Below, one piece after another: positions 13,186-25,629 of a stretch of 64,000 nt of DNA (within the stretch, counting starts at the first letter, position 1; the number at the start of each line of letters is the position of its first letter). Origin of the DNA: Felis catus. Lineage: Eukaryota. The notes below the pieces were generated by a model that ran no database searches, was not told where the DNA came from, and saw only the letters and a list, made by a program, of their open reading frames with translations. The DNA is taken from contig NC_058368.1 in NCBI RefSeq assembly GCF_018350175.1, positions 87,360,001 to 87,424,000 on the forward strand, given 5' to 3'. Both the position numbers and the translations under genes were made by a program.

Positions 13186-14139
13186 TGGGTGGAGTGAGGC
13201 GACACAGTAGGACCCATAGCAAAAGGAAAGTGAATGCCAGGGAAGCCTAATAAATTGGCCCCTACAACTAAATCCAGGGACTCAAACCCACCAAGGTCTT
13301 CAGAAGGGCTTGTAGAATGTTATCTCAGAAAGGAAGTAGGGGTCTTCATCATGGCCCCCACCCAGATGATCAAAGTCAGCTCCACAGGTCATTAGCTTTG
13401 TTGTCCTGGCAGATTGAGCCTGGGGCACGTCTGCAAGTGCCCTATGCACTGTCACAGAAGCTGCCAGAATGAAAGGCAGAGAGATAAGCAGTCCACTGAT
13501 GGGACATGCTGTCTGTCACATTGTATCTGTGTGCAGCTGGTGAGCACAATGATGGCTGGAGTAAAACGTGGACCCCAGCCCGGCACAGGAGGGCTTAAGA
13601 TAGGGCTAAAATTCTAACTTTGCAACAATACTCAAAAATTTTACTTTTTAAAATAATTTAACTTGCCAACCTTTTGTCATTTTAAGTCTATTTCAAGAAA
13701 CACATTAAGCTTATATCTTACATATTTTGCTCTGTTTTCTTTTAACTGGTTTATACATTTATTTTTCTCCCCAAAGGAAACAATATGCTTTTATTATAAC
13801 TTCATTCTGTTAGTTTGTTGATCTGTGTCTATATGCTTGCGTGTCATGCAATGCAATTTGTTGTTTTTTTATCCAAATTTATTTATTTACATATATATAA
13901 TATATAGTGTATAATGTGATGTTTTGAAATGAGTATACATTGTGAAATAATTACTACAATCAAGCTGCTTAACATGTCCATCATTTCACATAGTCACCCT
14001 TTTACATTGTTGTGTATGTTCATGTGTGATGAGAACACTTAAGATCCACCTTCTTAGCAAATTTCAAGAATACAATATGGTATTGTTGACTATAGTCACA
14101 TTACTGTACATTTAGCTCCACTTTTAAAATGTATCTTTA

Positions 14140-14590
14140 CAGGAAACCATTAAAATCCTAGAGGAGAAAACTGGCAACAACCTCTTTGAGGCCGCAGCAA
14201 CTTCTTACTTGACATGTCTCTGCAGGAAAAGGAAATAAAAGCAAAATGAACCATTGAGACCTCATCAAGATAAAAAAAAAAATCTGCACAGTGAAGGAAA
14301 CAACCAACAAAACTAAAGTCAGCCTACAGAATGGGAGGAGATATTTCCAAATAACATATCAGATAAAGGGTTAGTATCCAAAATCTATAAAAAACGTACC
14401 AAACTCAACACCCCCCCCAAAAAAAAACAGAACCTAAAACTAAAACTAAAACAAATAATCTAGTTAAGAAATGAGCACAAGACATGAATAGACATTTTTC
14501 CAATGAAGACATCCAGATGGCTAACAGACACATGAAGAGACACTCAACATCACTCATCATCAGGGAAATACAAATCTAAACCACGGTGAA
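14140..14590 (+). mobile_element. Isolated internal LINE-1 ORF2 fragment
   Basis: Similar to 10010-10420 of the neighbouring L1; ends at a SINE and does not resume. Confidence 0.8.
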
Positions 14591-14775
14591 GGGAAGACTG
14601 GGTTATTCAGTCAGCTGAGTGATTTCAGGTCAGGTCATGATCCCAGGGTCATGGGGTGAAGACCCACATTGAGCTCCATGGTCAGTGTGGAGCCTATTTG
14701 AGATTCTCTCTCTCTCCCTCTGCCTCTCCTCCCCCACTCACTGTCTTAAAAATAATAACAATAAATAATAATAAT
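14591..14775 (+). mobile_element. Degenerate Can-SINE
   Basis: Head remnant, (CT)n and (AAT)n tail. Confidence 0.75.
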
Positions 14776-16216
14776 GATGATGATGATAGTACTCTCCTTT
14801 TTAATAGAACTTCCTCATTTGGAGTTGATCTGGTATTTCCTGATAATTAGATTCTGGGTATGCATTCTCAGCCAGAATTACACACAAGTGACAATATTTC
14901 CTTCTCAAGTTATCTCACCCAAAAGCAGACATCCATTTGCACCCATCGATCTTTTTTTTAGGTGGTCAGGGTACTATCTAGTCCCTGTTCTTTATAAAGT
15001 TACTATTCTTCTTTAGCAATTGATTAGCCAACTGAGGAGAGATAACTCTCAGACTACAGAAGTATCCTGCTCTGATTTAAACTTCTCTTTAGATTTTAGT
15101 ATGCATTGCTGCTTCATACCTGACCCAATCTTTACTAAGATGGTTGAGAATGATTTTTTTTTCCAATCACATGCTGTTGATGTTTATAGATTGATCTTCT
15201 ATCCAGCAACTTTACTTATTTTTTAGTTCTGCTGGTGTGGAAAGCCTCATGGATATTTCCAAATTAATAGTCCTATTGTGGAATGTGTATTAATTCAGAT
15301 CTTCCTCTGGGTCATTGAGGGGTAAATTCCTAACTCAGTTTTAAGTTCCTCGTGCCCTTTTTTTTTTTCCTCTTTCAAGCTTAACTGTGCTTTAATTACA
15401 TTTTACCCTGTGTGTCAAGACGTCTCTAGCAGGGAGACAGTCTGTAATAGTTCACTTCACCCAGATGCAAAAAACAAAAATCTAGACCAGAGTTACTAAA
15501 AAGGGCTGGTCCTAGGCAAAAAAGAAAAAGAAAAAAAAGTTTCTAACAGAATATAAATCATATACTTCTTTCTTTATTGACACAGTCTTACCAAGAAAAA
15601 AAAAGTCACCTTATCTAAAAAGCATACTTAGGAATGGGATTGATTTACATTCTTGCGTAAGCTCCTTATATCAACAGTCCATAGGCCATAGTTTGAGTAG
15701 CAAAGTCTGGATAGTTCATTTGACAGATGAAGCAATGTTTCCATCCTGAACAATTCTGTGTGGTTCAAGAGTTGCCCCATGTGTAGAGAAGCAATTAGTC
15801 AATATTTATTAATGATTTAATGCTATGCAAAGAGTGGCAGATGAACTGCTCCTGAGATAAATCCAAGATAAGCTCTTATAATTGAAGGCAAAATGTATTT
15901 TCTACACAATACTTCTATTTAGGAGTACAGGCTCCATCTACTCTAATACTGTCCTATATATGATTTTCAACTTCCTGTCCTACCAGAGCTGAAATTTCAA
16001 CCATCAGAATGAGAGCAAGGTGATTTTTTTCCCCATGCATTACAACTGAACCATTTGGTAAGGAGATTTTTTTAATGCATAAAGCAATTTAACTTATCTT
16101 TAAAGTAGAGAGATTTCTAGGTACCTTTAATTAAGGAAAAGAGAGCATTTAAATCAATAAATACAAAAGGTTTTATATTTTTTGAAATTTCACCAGGTAA
16201 AATAAACATGAATTAT

Positions 16217-16222
16217 TTTATT
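16217..16222 (-). terminator. Candidate NLRP3 polyadenylation signal AATAAA (alternative ATTAAA at 16126-16131)
   Basis: Hexamer about 510 nt downstream of the stop codon, in AU-rich context. Confidence 0.55.
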
Positions 16223-16246
16223 AGAAAATATACCTGTTACAAAAAT

Positions 16247-16260
16247 TTTAAATAAATAAG
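16247..16260 (-). promoter_or_regulatory. AU-rich element (CUUAUUUAUUUAAA) in the NLRP3 3'UTR, a candidate TTP/ZFP36 site
   Basis: Overlapping AUUUA pentamers on the sense strand. Confidence 0.65.
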
Positions 16261-16731
16261 TTGCTGCCACAAAATTGCAACATAATACACAGTTTACTTT
16301 TTCTGTTACCCTCAGTAAAGGGAAATAATGTAAGAGTGATGATATGGGTAAAAGTAAACAGAGCAAAGAGGAGTGAAAAAAGATATGAGGGAAAGGAGAT
16401 TTAGAGAGAGTAAAAAGAGAAAAAGTGCTTTCTTAAATGAGTTAGTCATATGAGGTCACCAAGAGGAACATCTTCTTCGACTAAGTTTCTACAATGAGAA
16501 CCACATCATTTGGATGACTTCATTGTCTTGGTGTCTTCAAGCCAGGGGTACAGGAGATGCTCATATTCTCGACACAAAGGCACCATCAGCAAGGTTTCGC
16601 TGTCCCACACTGGACCAGAAGAATCATGGAGTGATGGTCTTAACCCTGGATGGAGGAGTGCTCCCTCCCACTTGTCTACACTGGGACAGCAGGGAGCCAA
16701 AACGCTGGCATCTGGCGGCCAGCTTCAACTG

Positions 16732-16831
16732 CTACCAAGAAGGCTCAAAGACAATGGTCAACTCAGGCTTTTCTTCTTGAAGTATTTCTAATGCACATTT
16801 TGTATCATAATTGAAATACATTCCACACAAC
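16732..16831 (-). CDS. NLRP3: NLRP3 terminal coding exon 9 (coding part, ends in TAG)
   Basis: tttttacAG acceptor; [32 protein letters not shown], matching the NLRP3 C-terminus. Confidence 0.96.
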
Positions 16832-17303
16832 CTGTAAAAAGCAAAAGAGAGCCTTGGGTTCTACTCTTCAAAGAACACTCTCAGAGTTGTTTTGTTTTTT
16901 TTGTTGTTGTTGTTTGTTTTTTTTGTTTTTGCCTAATAAATCTCATCTCCTTACTTCCCTTAACCTAACACACTTCTAAGGTCTCTGATGCTACACCTCA
17001 TGCCAAATGTTGTTTCTGTTATATTTTTAACCTTCAAGTTTGGAAATGTTTCAACATATGTAAATTTAGAGAAAATAGTATAAGGGATCCCCATATGCCT
17101 ATTACCCAGATTTGACAATTGACTCATGGCAATTTGACTCATGGCCAATCTTGTTTTATCTATTGCCCCCCTACTCCTCACATCAATGGATATTACAAAC
17201 ACAGCATTTCATACATCTATAAATATTTAACTATGTGACACTAAATGAAGCCTTCTTAAAACACAACAACAATGCCATTTTCACACTGTAAAAAGTTAAC
17301 AAT

Positions 17304-17496
17304 TGGGTGTCTCAGTGGGTTAAGCACCCAACTCTTGATTTTGGCTCAGGTCAGGATCTCACAGTTCATGAGTTTGAGCCCCGTGTCAGGCTCTGTGTTG
17401 ACAGTGTGGAGCCTGCTTGGGATTCTCACCCTCTCTCTGCCCCTCCCTGGCTCAAGCTCTCTCTTTCTCTCTCAAAGTAAATAAACTTAAAAAAAA
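17304..17496 (+). mobile_element. Can-SINE
   Basis: TSD gttaacaat. Confidence 0.85.
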
Positions 17497-17749
17497 TTTT
17501 TTTTTACGTTAACAATAATTTCTTATTATCAACATATGTCCAATCAGTGTTTAAATTTCCTCAACTGACTGATACACTTTTATATTATGTTCATTGAATC
17601 AGGAGCCATATGAAGCTCACACATTGCAGCCTCTAAAGTGTTCTTTGATACATTCTTCCCCCTTTTTATTTTTGTAAGTTTCCCTTGCAACTTAGCTAAG
17701 AAATCATACCATTTGTCCTGCATCATTTCTAACAACCTTGATTTAGTTG

Positions 17750-18112
17750 TGTTATGAACTCAATGTTTGTATTTCTCCAAAATTCATACACGGAAGCCCT
17801 AATTCTCAATGTGATGGTATTTGGAAATAGGGTCGTTGGGATACAATTAGGGTTAGATAAGGTCATGGGGATGGGCCCTCATGATGATATCACTGCCTTT
17901 ATGATAAGAGATGCACACACTCTGTCTCCCTGTCCCTGCCTTGCTCTCTTTCTGCCATATAAGGACACAGGAAGAAGGCAGCCCTCTGTAAGCCTAGAAG
18001 AAAGCTCTCACTAGAAGTGGAATTACTTGGCACTGTGATCTTAGATTTTCTGTATTCTAAAACTGTGAGAAATAAATGCCTGTTTGTTTAAGGCAGCCTG
18101 AGCTAATGAGAT
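17750..18112 (+). mobile_element. MaLR (MLT1A-like) solo LTR
   Basis: tgttatgaactcaatgtttgt ... actgtgagaaataaatgcctgtttgtttaag ... ctaatgagata. Confidence 0.7.
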
Positions 18113-18579
18113 AGGTTGATTGGATCCATGGGCTTTTCAGCCTATTTGAAGCTTGTCCCTTACCTCCAGAGTGTCCTTCTGGGGTGGGTCAGGACTCCAC
18201 ATACAGTAATGTCCCTGGCTTCATCCTGACATATCCTACACTTTGTCCCTCTATTTATCTTAGCTCTGAGAATGTTGGCTTTCCTTCAGTAAACATGCTC
18301 CACTGTGTCTGCATAAGGATGCAATGCTGATCCAAACTTCTGTTTATTCAAACTTGCATTCCAGTTGGTTCTTAGCCTTGAGGTCATGAACAAGAACAGA
18401 AGTCCTTGTTATAATATAGAATTTATATTACTTGGTAAGATATAGATAATAAATGAAAAAGAAAATGATATAGCATGTAAGTATTCTGCTGAAATGATAT
18501 AGCGTGTATGTATGCTGCTGATTAATACTACAGAGGAAAATAAGAAAAAAAAGGCAAAAACAAGAAGGATATGCTGATC

Positions 18580-19800
18580 TGTTCTTTTCATTAGGATGGT
18601 CAGAGACAGACACATAGAAGACCTTTAGGCAGAGAATTTAAGGATACATGGAAGCAAGACATGTGGATATCAAAGGGGAGAGAGTTCTAGGCAGAAGAAA
18701 CAGCACATGAAAAGGTGACAGTATTTTTGCAAAACTGCAAAGATATCAGTGGAGCACAAAGAACAAGTATTAGGAGAAGATGAATTTGCAGAAGCAACAG
18801 GAGCCAGATCACATGAGGCCTTACACAATACCATGAGTTTGTGGATCTTGAAATGTGATAAGAAGTCACTAGAGCATGTTGGTAGGAATGATATGATCAC
18901 TGATTCATTTTTTTAATGTTTGTTTGTTTGTTTAGAGACAGAGAAAGAGAGCAAGCAAGCAAGGGAGGTGCAGAGAGAGGGAGGGAGAGAGAATCCCAAG
19001 CAGGTTCCACACTGTCAGCACAGAGCCTGAGGTGGGGCTTGATCCCACAAACCATGAGATCATGACCTGGGCCAAAATCAAGAGTCAGATGCTTAACTGA
19101 CTGAGCCACCCAGGTGCCCCTGACTCATGTTTTAGTTGCACCCTCCATCTGCCATGGTAAGAATACTACATGCAGAGGAGCCTGGCAGAATGCCACCAGA
19201 ACAATCCAGATAAGAGGGGACAATGGCTTGAACCAGGGTACAAGTCATGAAGTTGGCAAGAAGAGATCAACAAGCAGGTATGTTATGAAAGAAGAGCTAT
19301 TAGGACATGCCAACACGTTGGACATGTGCATAAGAAAAAGGTGTCAAAGGTGACACAAGATTTCTTTTTTGGCCTGAGCAATTCACAATGAATAAGCGTT
19401 GGTGGAGATGGGAAAGAAGCAGGTGTTAGATGGGGTGGGGGGTATAATGCAGGTTTGAATTTGGACATGTAAAGTTTAGGTTTATTAGACAAATGGAAAG
19501 TCAGACTAGCGTTTGGACATGGAATTCATGCAGGTATAATTTGGGTGACACAGGACATATACGATAAAGCCAGAAGACTAGATGATGCAAACACAAGATA
19601 GAGTTTAGAGAAGAAAAATTAGCTCAATGATTGCATCCTGGGGATGCAGCATGTGCAGGTCAGGTTGATAAAGAGAATCCGCAAAGGAGACTGAGCAGAA
19701 ACAGCTCATGAAGTAGAAGAAAATCCAGGGTGTTGCCTCTAAAGCAAAGTGAGGGAAATGTCTTCAGTGGAGACTGTGATTGTCCTGACTGACCAAGGTA
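18580..19800. mobile_element. Degenerate LINE-2-like fragment interrupted by a SINE
   Basis: Purine-rich L2-type motifs (gatgaatttg, tttggacatgtaaagttt); approximate. Confidence 0.45.
18908..19120 (-). mobile_element. Can-SINE
   Basis: ctgagccacccaggtgcccc head on -; TSD tga(t/c)tcat. Confidence 0.9.
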
Positions 19801-20318
19801 GGAGACTCACTAGGGAGTTCTTACTCAAGAGGTAATGAGTGATATTACTAATAAGGAAACCCAACACAATGCAGATGAACTGACATCTGTGGAATTTCCA
19901 ATCTTGCTGATTCTGAAACTCTCTTTCCATTTGGAAGTCTTCAGAAACAAGACCTACAACACCCCACTGTGCAAAGACCTTGGCAATTACAGTGAACCAT
20001 GGACTCCTCCAGTTCTGCAAAGTCCAGTCCCTTGCATAGCCATGTAATTCTATTTGGCAACTTCATTGGGGCTTGGGTTTCTTTCAGGAAAATGAATGGA
20101 AACTCTTTTCACATTGAACTGAAACTTGATTTTCAAAGTTAATGTCTGCATAAAGTCTGGATGAAGTTAAATATGTGGTTCATGACTCACATGCCTTATG
20201 AAAAAAAAAAAAAACCTCAGTCTGAGTACAAATGAAGCCCTTCCAAGTTTTGATAACTGGTCAACCTGTTCTTTGTACTCTGAACCCCACCACGTGAATC
20301 TCTGAAGAGCACACTTAC

Positions 20319-20489
20319 TTCAGGCGTTTCAGGAGGCAGCTCTGCTGCCTCAGCACCTCACAGAGTAGCATGACCCCCAGATCACCAAGGTCATTGTTGC
20401 CTAGGCTCAGGTCCCGCAGGCTCTGGTTGGAGGTCAGAAGTGTGGAAAGGTCCCAGCAACAGTGTGAGGTGAGACTACAGTTGTCCAAT
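20319..20489 (-). CDS. NLRP3: NLRP3 coding exon 8 (LRR), 171 bp
   Basis: [57 protein letters not shown]; ttgcAG acceptor and GTaagt donor. Confidence 0.96.
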
Positions 20490-20994
20490 CTGCAAGAAAC
20501 AGGGTGATTTAAAGAAAATGTCCCCTTAGCCATCCTAGCAGGTGCCCCAGATCTCAGCCTGAAATGTTTCAAATGCACAAAAAGCACAGGAATAACAAAC
20601 TTAGAATAATCCTCTGTGCCTGTGGTTATTCTTCTTTCTTTTTCAGATGATAGTATTTTTTTCCAGTCTACTGGATTGTGCAGATCAAATTAGGAATAGT
20701 AGCTTGTGAATTGATTTTTCCCCAATTCTATGCCTCTCCCTAAATTTCCCTAAAACACAAGTGTCATATCTTTCTATTCTTTTGTGGTGAAATCCACAAA
20801 TCCAAATCCAGTATTTACCTTTACAGCACTGAGAAGTAGAATTCTTCCCAGGTGCATGATCCTGTAACAAGCCAAACCTTAGGAGAACATCATTACTTCT
20901 CAGGTACAAATCATTCTATCATTACCCCCTCCACACACACACATACACACCTTAGCCACCATGCATCCACATCATTGTAATAAGCTAAGGGACT

Positions 20995-21195
20995 GGGGCA
21001 CCTGGGTGGCTCAGTTGCTTAAGCCGCCCTTTGTTTTAGCTCAGGTCATGATCTCACAGTGTGTGAGTTCAAGTCCCACATTGGGAGTTCAAGCTGCACT
21101 GGCAGTGCACAGCCTGCTTGTGATCCTTTCTCTCCCTCTCTTTCTGCCTTTCTCTCACTCAAAAATAAATAAGCAAAAATTAAAAAAAAAAAAAA
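20995..21195 (+). mobile_element. Can-SINE abutting the NLRP3 exon 7 donor
   Basis: Perfect TSD aagctaagggact at 20982-20994 and 21194-21206. Confidence 0.92.
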
Positions 21196-21209
21196 GCTAA
21201 GGGACTTAC

Positions 21210-21380
21210 TCCAATATCTGAAGCTTGCAGCTGGGGTGCAAGAGGCCCTCACAGAGTAGCTTCACCCCCGTGTCTCCAAGAGCATTGCCCCTTAGGTAAA
21301 GGTGTGTGAGTTTCTGGTTAGTGCTGAGCACTGAAGACAGAGCTGGACAGCAACCTGATGTAAGTCCAGAATTCATCAAC
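21210..21380 (-). CDS. NLRP3: NLRP3 coding exon 7 (LRR), 171 bp
   Basis: Manual translation gives [57 protein letters not shown]; ctccAG acceptor and GTaagt donor. Confidence 0.95.
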
Positions 21381-22422
21381 CTGGAGAAGGAACAAGGAAA
21401 AGAGTCATCAGTGTTCAGACTTCCTTGAACATTGCACAGCTATCTCACCAGAGGAATCTCTTCTTATCTAAAAAGCTACATCCTTCAACTTCAAGATGAG
21501 GAGCCAGCATCTTAGATACAATCTGAGGAGCACATGACTCCTTGTCACATAAAAGAGACAAATAATAGTCTCAGCAGATGCTTGGCTGGGATCAGTAGAA
21601 GAGACAGAGCAAAAGCAAATTAATCCAGATTCCTTCCACATCCTTCTTCCTTCTTATGCATATTCCCTCTGCCATGCATGCTCTCTACCACCACATCTTC
21701 AAGAAATACATCCCAGGTTGTCTGTCACTGATAATTCCTACCACATTGCACAGACTTACCTTATTTGACTCTCACATTAACTGAGCAAGTTAGCAGTGCC
21801 GCAGTAACTATTATGTATCTGTTACAGATCAGAAATCTTAGGTTTATCAAAGCATATGTTTCTCTTAGGGTCAAAGAGCAAGCGTTCAGTGGATGGGGGA
21901 CCTAGACTTAAGCCTTCTAGTGCCATCTCACCTAGTTGCCCCTTCTGTCCATATTCTTCTTGCTTCTGCCTTGGAAGGAGTCTCTCAGAGAATAAACCTC
22001 TAAATTTGCATTACACTCAGTGGGATTAAGATTTTTGATGTACTACACTTGGGTCAAGTTGAACATATTCTATCACCAACAGAAGCATGAGGGCTTTGAA
22101 GTAGAGAGCTACATCACTCCAGCATAGAAGCTCAGAGGGTGGTACACAGTATACAGAAAGCCACATATGCTAGGGCCTCAACAAAACCTTGACTTAAGAA
22201 CATCTCATGCAATCATATTCTTTCCTTCCACAATCCTTAACAATGACATGCCTTTAAGCTCCAAGATGTCTTAGAATCAGGAAAAATAGAAACATATAAA
22301 GTAGCATGAGCAGGTGATCAAGAGAAAACAGAAGTACTTGTTTTCCCAGTCAAGGATGAATCATAATTTAAAAAATAGAATAAGCAAGACAAAGAAGGGA
22401 ATGAAGCCCAAAATGGAGGAGT

Positions 22423-22472
22423 AAAAACAAAACAAAACAAAACAAAACAAAACAAAACAAAACAAACAAAAG
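22423..22472 (+). repeat. (AAAAC)n repeat
   Basis: Direct observation. Confidence 0.95.
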
Positions 22473-22530
22473 GCAAGTTCTGAGGGGCTTCTAGTGAGTT
22501 AAGAATGGCCAGTTAAGAATAACTTTATCA

Positions 22531-22750
22531 GGGGCGCCTGGGTGGCGCAGTCGGTTAAGCGTCCGACTTCAGCCAGGTCACGATCTCGCGGTCCATGAGT
22601 TTGAGCCCCGCGTCGGGCTCTGGGCTGATGGCTCAGAGCCTGGAGCCTGTTTCCGATTCTGTGTCTCCCTCTCTCTCTGCCCCTCCCCCCTTCATGCTCT
22701 GTCTCTCTCTGTCCCAAAAATAAATAAACGTTAAAAAAAAATTAAAAAAG
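22531..22750 (+). mobile_element. Young SINEC_Fc-type Can-SINE
   Basis: CpG-rich; TSD aagaataa(c/t)tttatca. Confidence 0.95.
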
Positions 22751-22809
22751 AATAATTTTATCAGATGGACTCTATTTAACATGTACAAGGGATTTGCAAG
22801 ATTATTGGC

Positions 22810-23175
22810 TGTTCTGAACTGAATGTTTGTGTCATCTCAGAATCATATGTTGAAATCTTAATCCTCAATGTGATAGTATTAGAAAGTATGGCCTTTAAGG
22901 GGTAAATAGGTCTTGAGGGTATAGTCTTCGTGATGGGATTAGCACCTTTGTAAAACAGACCCCAGAGAGTTCCCATGCCTCTACTGCCATGTGAGGACAC
23001 ACCAGGAAGGTGGCTGTCTGAAAGCCAGGAAGAGAGCTCTTACCAGAAATCAGATGATCTGCAAGCACCTTGATCTTGGGCTTCCAGGATCCAGAACTTT
23101 GAACATAAATGTTTGTTGTTTGAGTCACCCAGAAAATGGTATTTTTGTTACAGTAGCCTGAACAGACTAAGACAC
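22810..23175 (+). mobile_element. MaLR (MLT1A-like) solo LTR
   Basis: tgttctgaactgaatgtttgtgtc ... ttttgttacagtagcctgaacagactaagaca. Confidence 0.75.
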
Positions 23176-23616
23176 TGGAAAAGATGAACAACATTCCAGA
23201 AGACTGAAGATAGTCATCCAAAAAGAAAGGAAAGACCATTTGAAAGTTACAAAATGGCAAGCTTTGCTATCCTCCCCAGAAAAGGATTAGAAAAGATATG
23301 AAACAGAAGTTTGAGGAGCAGTGCACCATGAAGTGACAACAGTTACAAGCACAGGATGATTTTGTTGAGAATGAGTCACATATGAGTTGTCAAAACATTG
23401 ATAATATTGGTAACATTGAGACTGAGTGATGGGTACGTGGAGTGCATAATAAAATGTTTAGTCAATTGAACACCCAATTCTACCAACCAATCCACTTGAT
23501 TCAACAGATGTAACCAACTTTGTATGTACATCTTGGTATCAAGCAATCCATTCAACTAAGTTCTACATTCACTGGGCACAGATATTTTCCATGTACTATA
23601 TTGTTAAATTATTGGG

Positions 23617-23838
23617 TTTTTTTAATTTTTTTAAAAACATTTATTTTTCACAGAAAGAGAGAGAGACAAAGTGTAAGTGGGGGAAGTGCAGAGAGAGATG
23701 GAGACACAGAATCCGAAGCAAGCTCCAGGCTCTGGGCTGTCAGCATAGAGCCTGATTCAGGGATCAAACCCACAAACTATGAGATCATGACCTGAGCCGA
23801 AGTCTGACACTCAACTAACTGAACCACCCAGGTGCTCC
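23617..23838 (-). mobile_element. Can-SINE (SINEC_Fc-type)
   Basis: Head on - at 23838; (GA)n and T-tract on +. Confidence 0.9.
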
Positions 23839-24772
23839 TGTCTTTATTTTTTATTTATTTACTAATGATATGCCTTAGGTTATAAATATGTGTTCCAAAA
23901 AATATTGAAGTAAATTTAACATTTATTGAGGGTTTACTATATGTTTTGCCAAGACAATGACTTTAAACAGGATTATCACATTGAATTACTACAAAACCAA
24001 GATGCAGGTATTGTTTTTATCCTTATTTTTAAATGGAAAAGCTGAGTAACAGGGAAATTACTTGAAGAATAAGAAGAAGTTTCTTAGATGGACTGTGAGG
24101 GTGGGAGGGTATTTTGCATACAGGCAAAAGGAAGGCAGTAAGCAAGAGGAGGAAGGGTGAAAGAGGCCAGGTTCCTAAAACTAAAAACGAATTCAATATG
24201 ACTCAAAATGGAGTGAACGGTGTGTTAGGTGAAAGGGCAGAAACAGTGATCTAGAGCTGGTCACAGATAGTTTCATGTACCATGCAAAGAAACACAAACT
24301 TTGGAGGTTTTTGCTTTTGTTTTTGTTTTAAATAAATGACTCAATATTATCAAATCTGTATTTTAGAAAACTCCTCTGGTGTTTGTCAAAAGAAAAAAGA
24401 AGGTAGAAGGAACTGAAAGTAAAGAAAATCAAGGATTTTCCTCTGTTTATTGGCTGATCAGCCTCTGGAAAGTGCCACTGTTCAACAAAGCAGTAAAGAA
24501 AGGAAAGGCAGGCGACAAAGGGATGAGGGTGGGGAGTAAGTAATAAAAATTAAAGAATTTTGCAAATGCTTACCTTGTGGCAGTTGTGTAATATTGGGGG
24601 TAGGGGGTGCAAAATGCAACCAGAGATAAAGTTCTAAAGTTCAAGATATTTGGCTATGCCTAACAAAATATAAAATGCCTACAAGTGTTCCCTCATTAAT
24701 TACACGTATAGGTATCCATCGCAAAAGAAATATCTACACATACATAAAGTTATATAAACAAGTATTTTTTTC

Positions 24773-24998
24773 AGGGACGCCTGGGTGGCTAAGTCAGTGA
24801 AGCATCCGACTTTGGCTCAGGTCGTGTCTCACAGTTTGTGTGTTTGGGCCCCTTGGGGGCCTCTATGCTGACAGCTCAGAGCTTGGAGCCTGCTTCAGAT
24901 TATGTGTCTCCCTCTCTCTCTGCCCTTCCCCTGCTCATGCTCTGTCTCTCTCTCTCTCAAAAATAAATTGAAAACATATTTTAAAAAATTTTAAAAAA
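24773..24998 (+). mobile_element. Can-SINE (SINEC_Fc-type)
   Basis: Head, (CT)n and A-tail. Confidence 0.9.
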
Positions 24999-25219
24999 CA
25001 AATATGTTTTTCATAGTTACTTGTAATAGTAAAAAGGGAAAAATTCATCCAAAGCTTCACTATTCAATAAGAACTTAAATAAATCACTATAATGAATATT
25101 ATGTAATATTATGCCCAAATCTATAGATCTGTATATACCAGCATGGCAATAAATCCCTGATAAATTTAAGAAGAAATAATAAGAAAGCATTCATATTATG
25201 ATTCTGGTTTTGGCAGATA

Positions 25220-25625
25220 GTATTATGGGTTGAATTATGTTCCCCAAAACCTTATATGCTGGAGTCTGAACCCCCATTACCTCAGAATGTGACCTTATTT
25301 TAAAATAAGGTCATTGAAGATGCAATTGGTTAAGAAGAAGTCAAGAAAGTGAGCCCTATTTCAACCTGACTGGTACCTTCTATATCTATAACAGGGAAAT
25401 TTGGATACAAAGACACACACCAACACAGAGACAATACCATGTAGAGATGAAACCTAAGAGGTGATGCATTTGTAAGCCCAGGATGTGGAACATTGCCAGC
25501 AAACCAGCAGAAACTGAAATAGATGTATGAAATTGATTCTTCATCACTGCCCTAGGAGGAACAAACTCTGCCAACATTGGGATCTTGGACTAGTAGCCTA
25601 CACTGCTGGAAGACAATAGATTGTG
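25220..25625 (+). mobile_element. MaLR (MLT1C-like) LTR
   Basis: tattatgggttgaattatgttcccc ... cctcagaatgtgaccttattt. Confidence 0.7.
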
Positions 25626-25629
25626 GTTG

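Larger units (their letters stand above)
16120..16731 (-). other. NLRP3: NLRP3 3'UTR (3' end approximate)
   Basis: Follows the stop codon; AU-rich distal part with candidate poly(A) signals. Confidence 0.65.
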
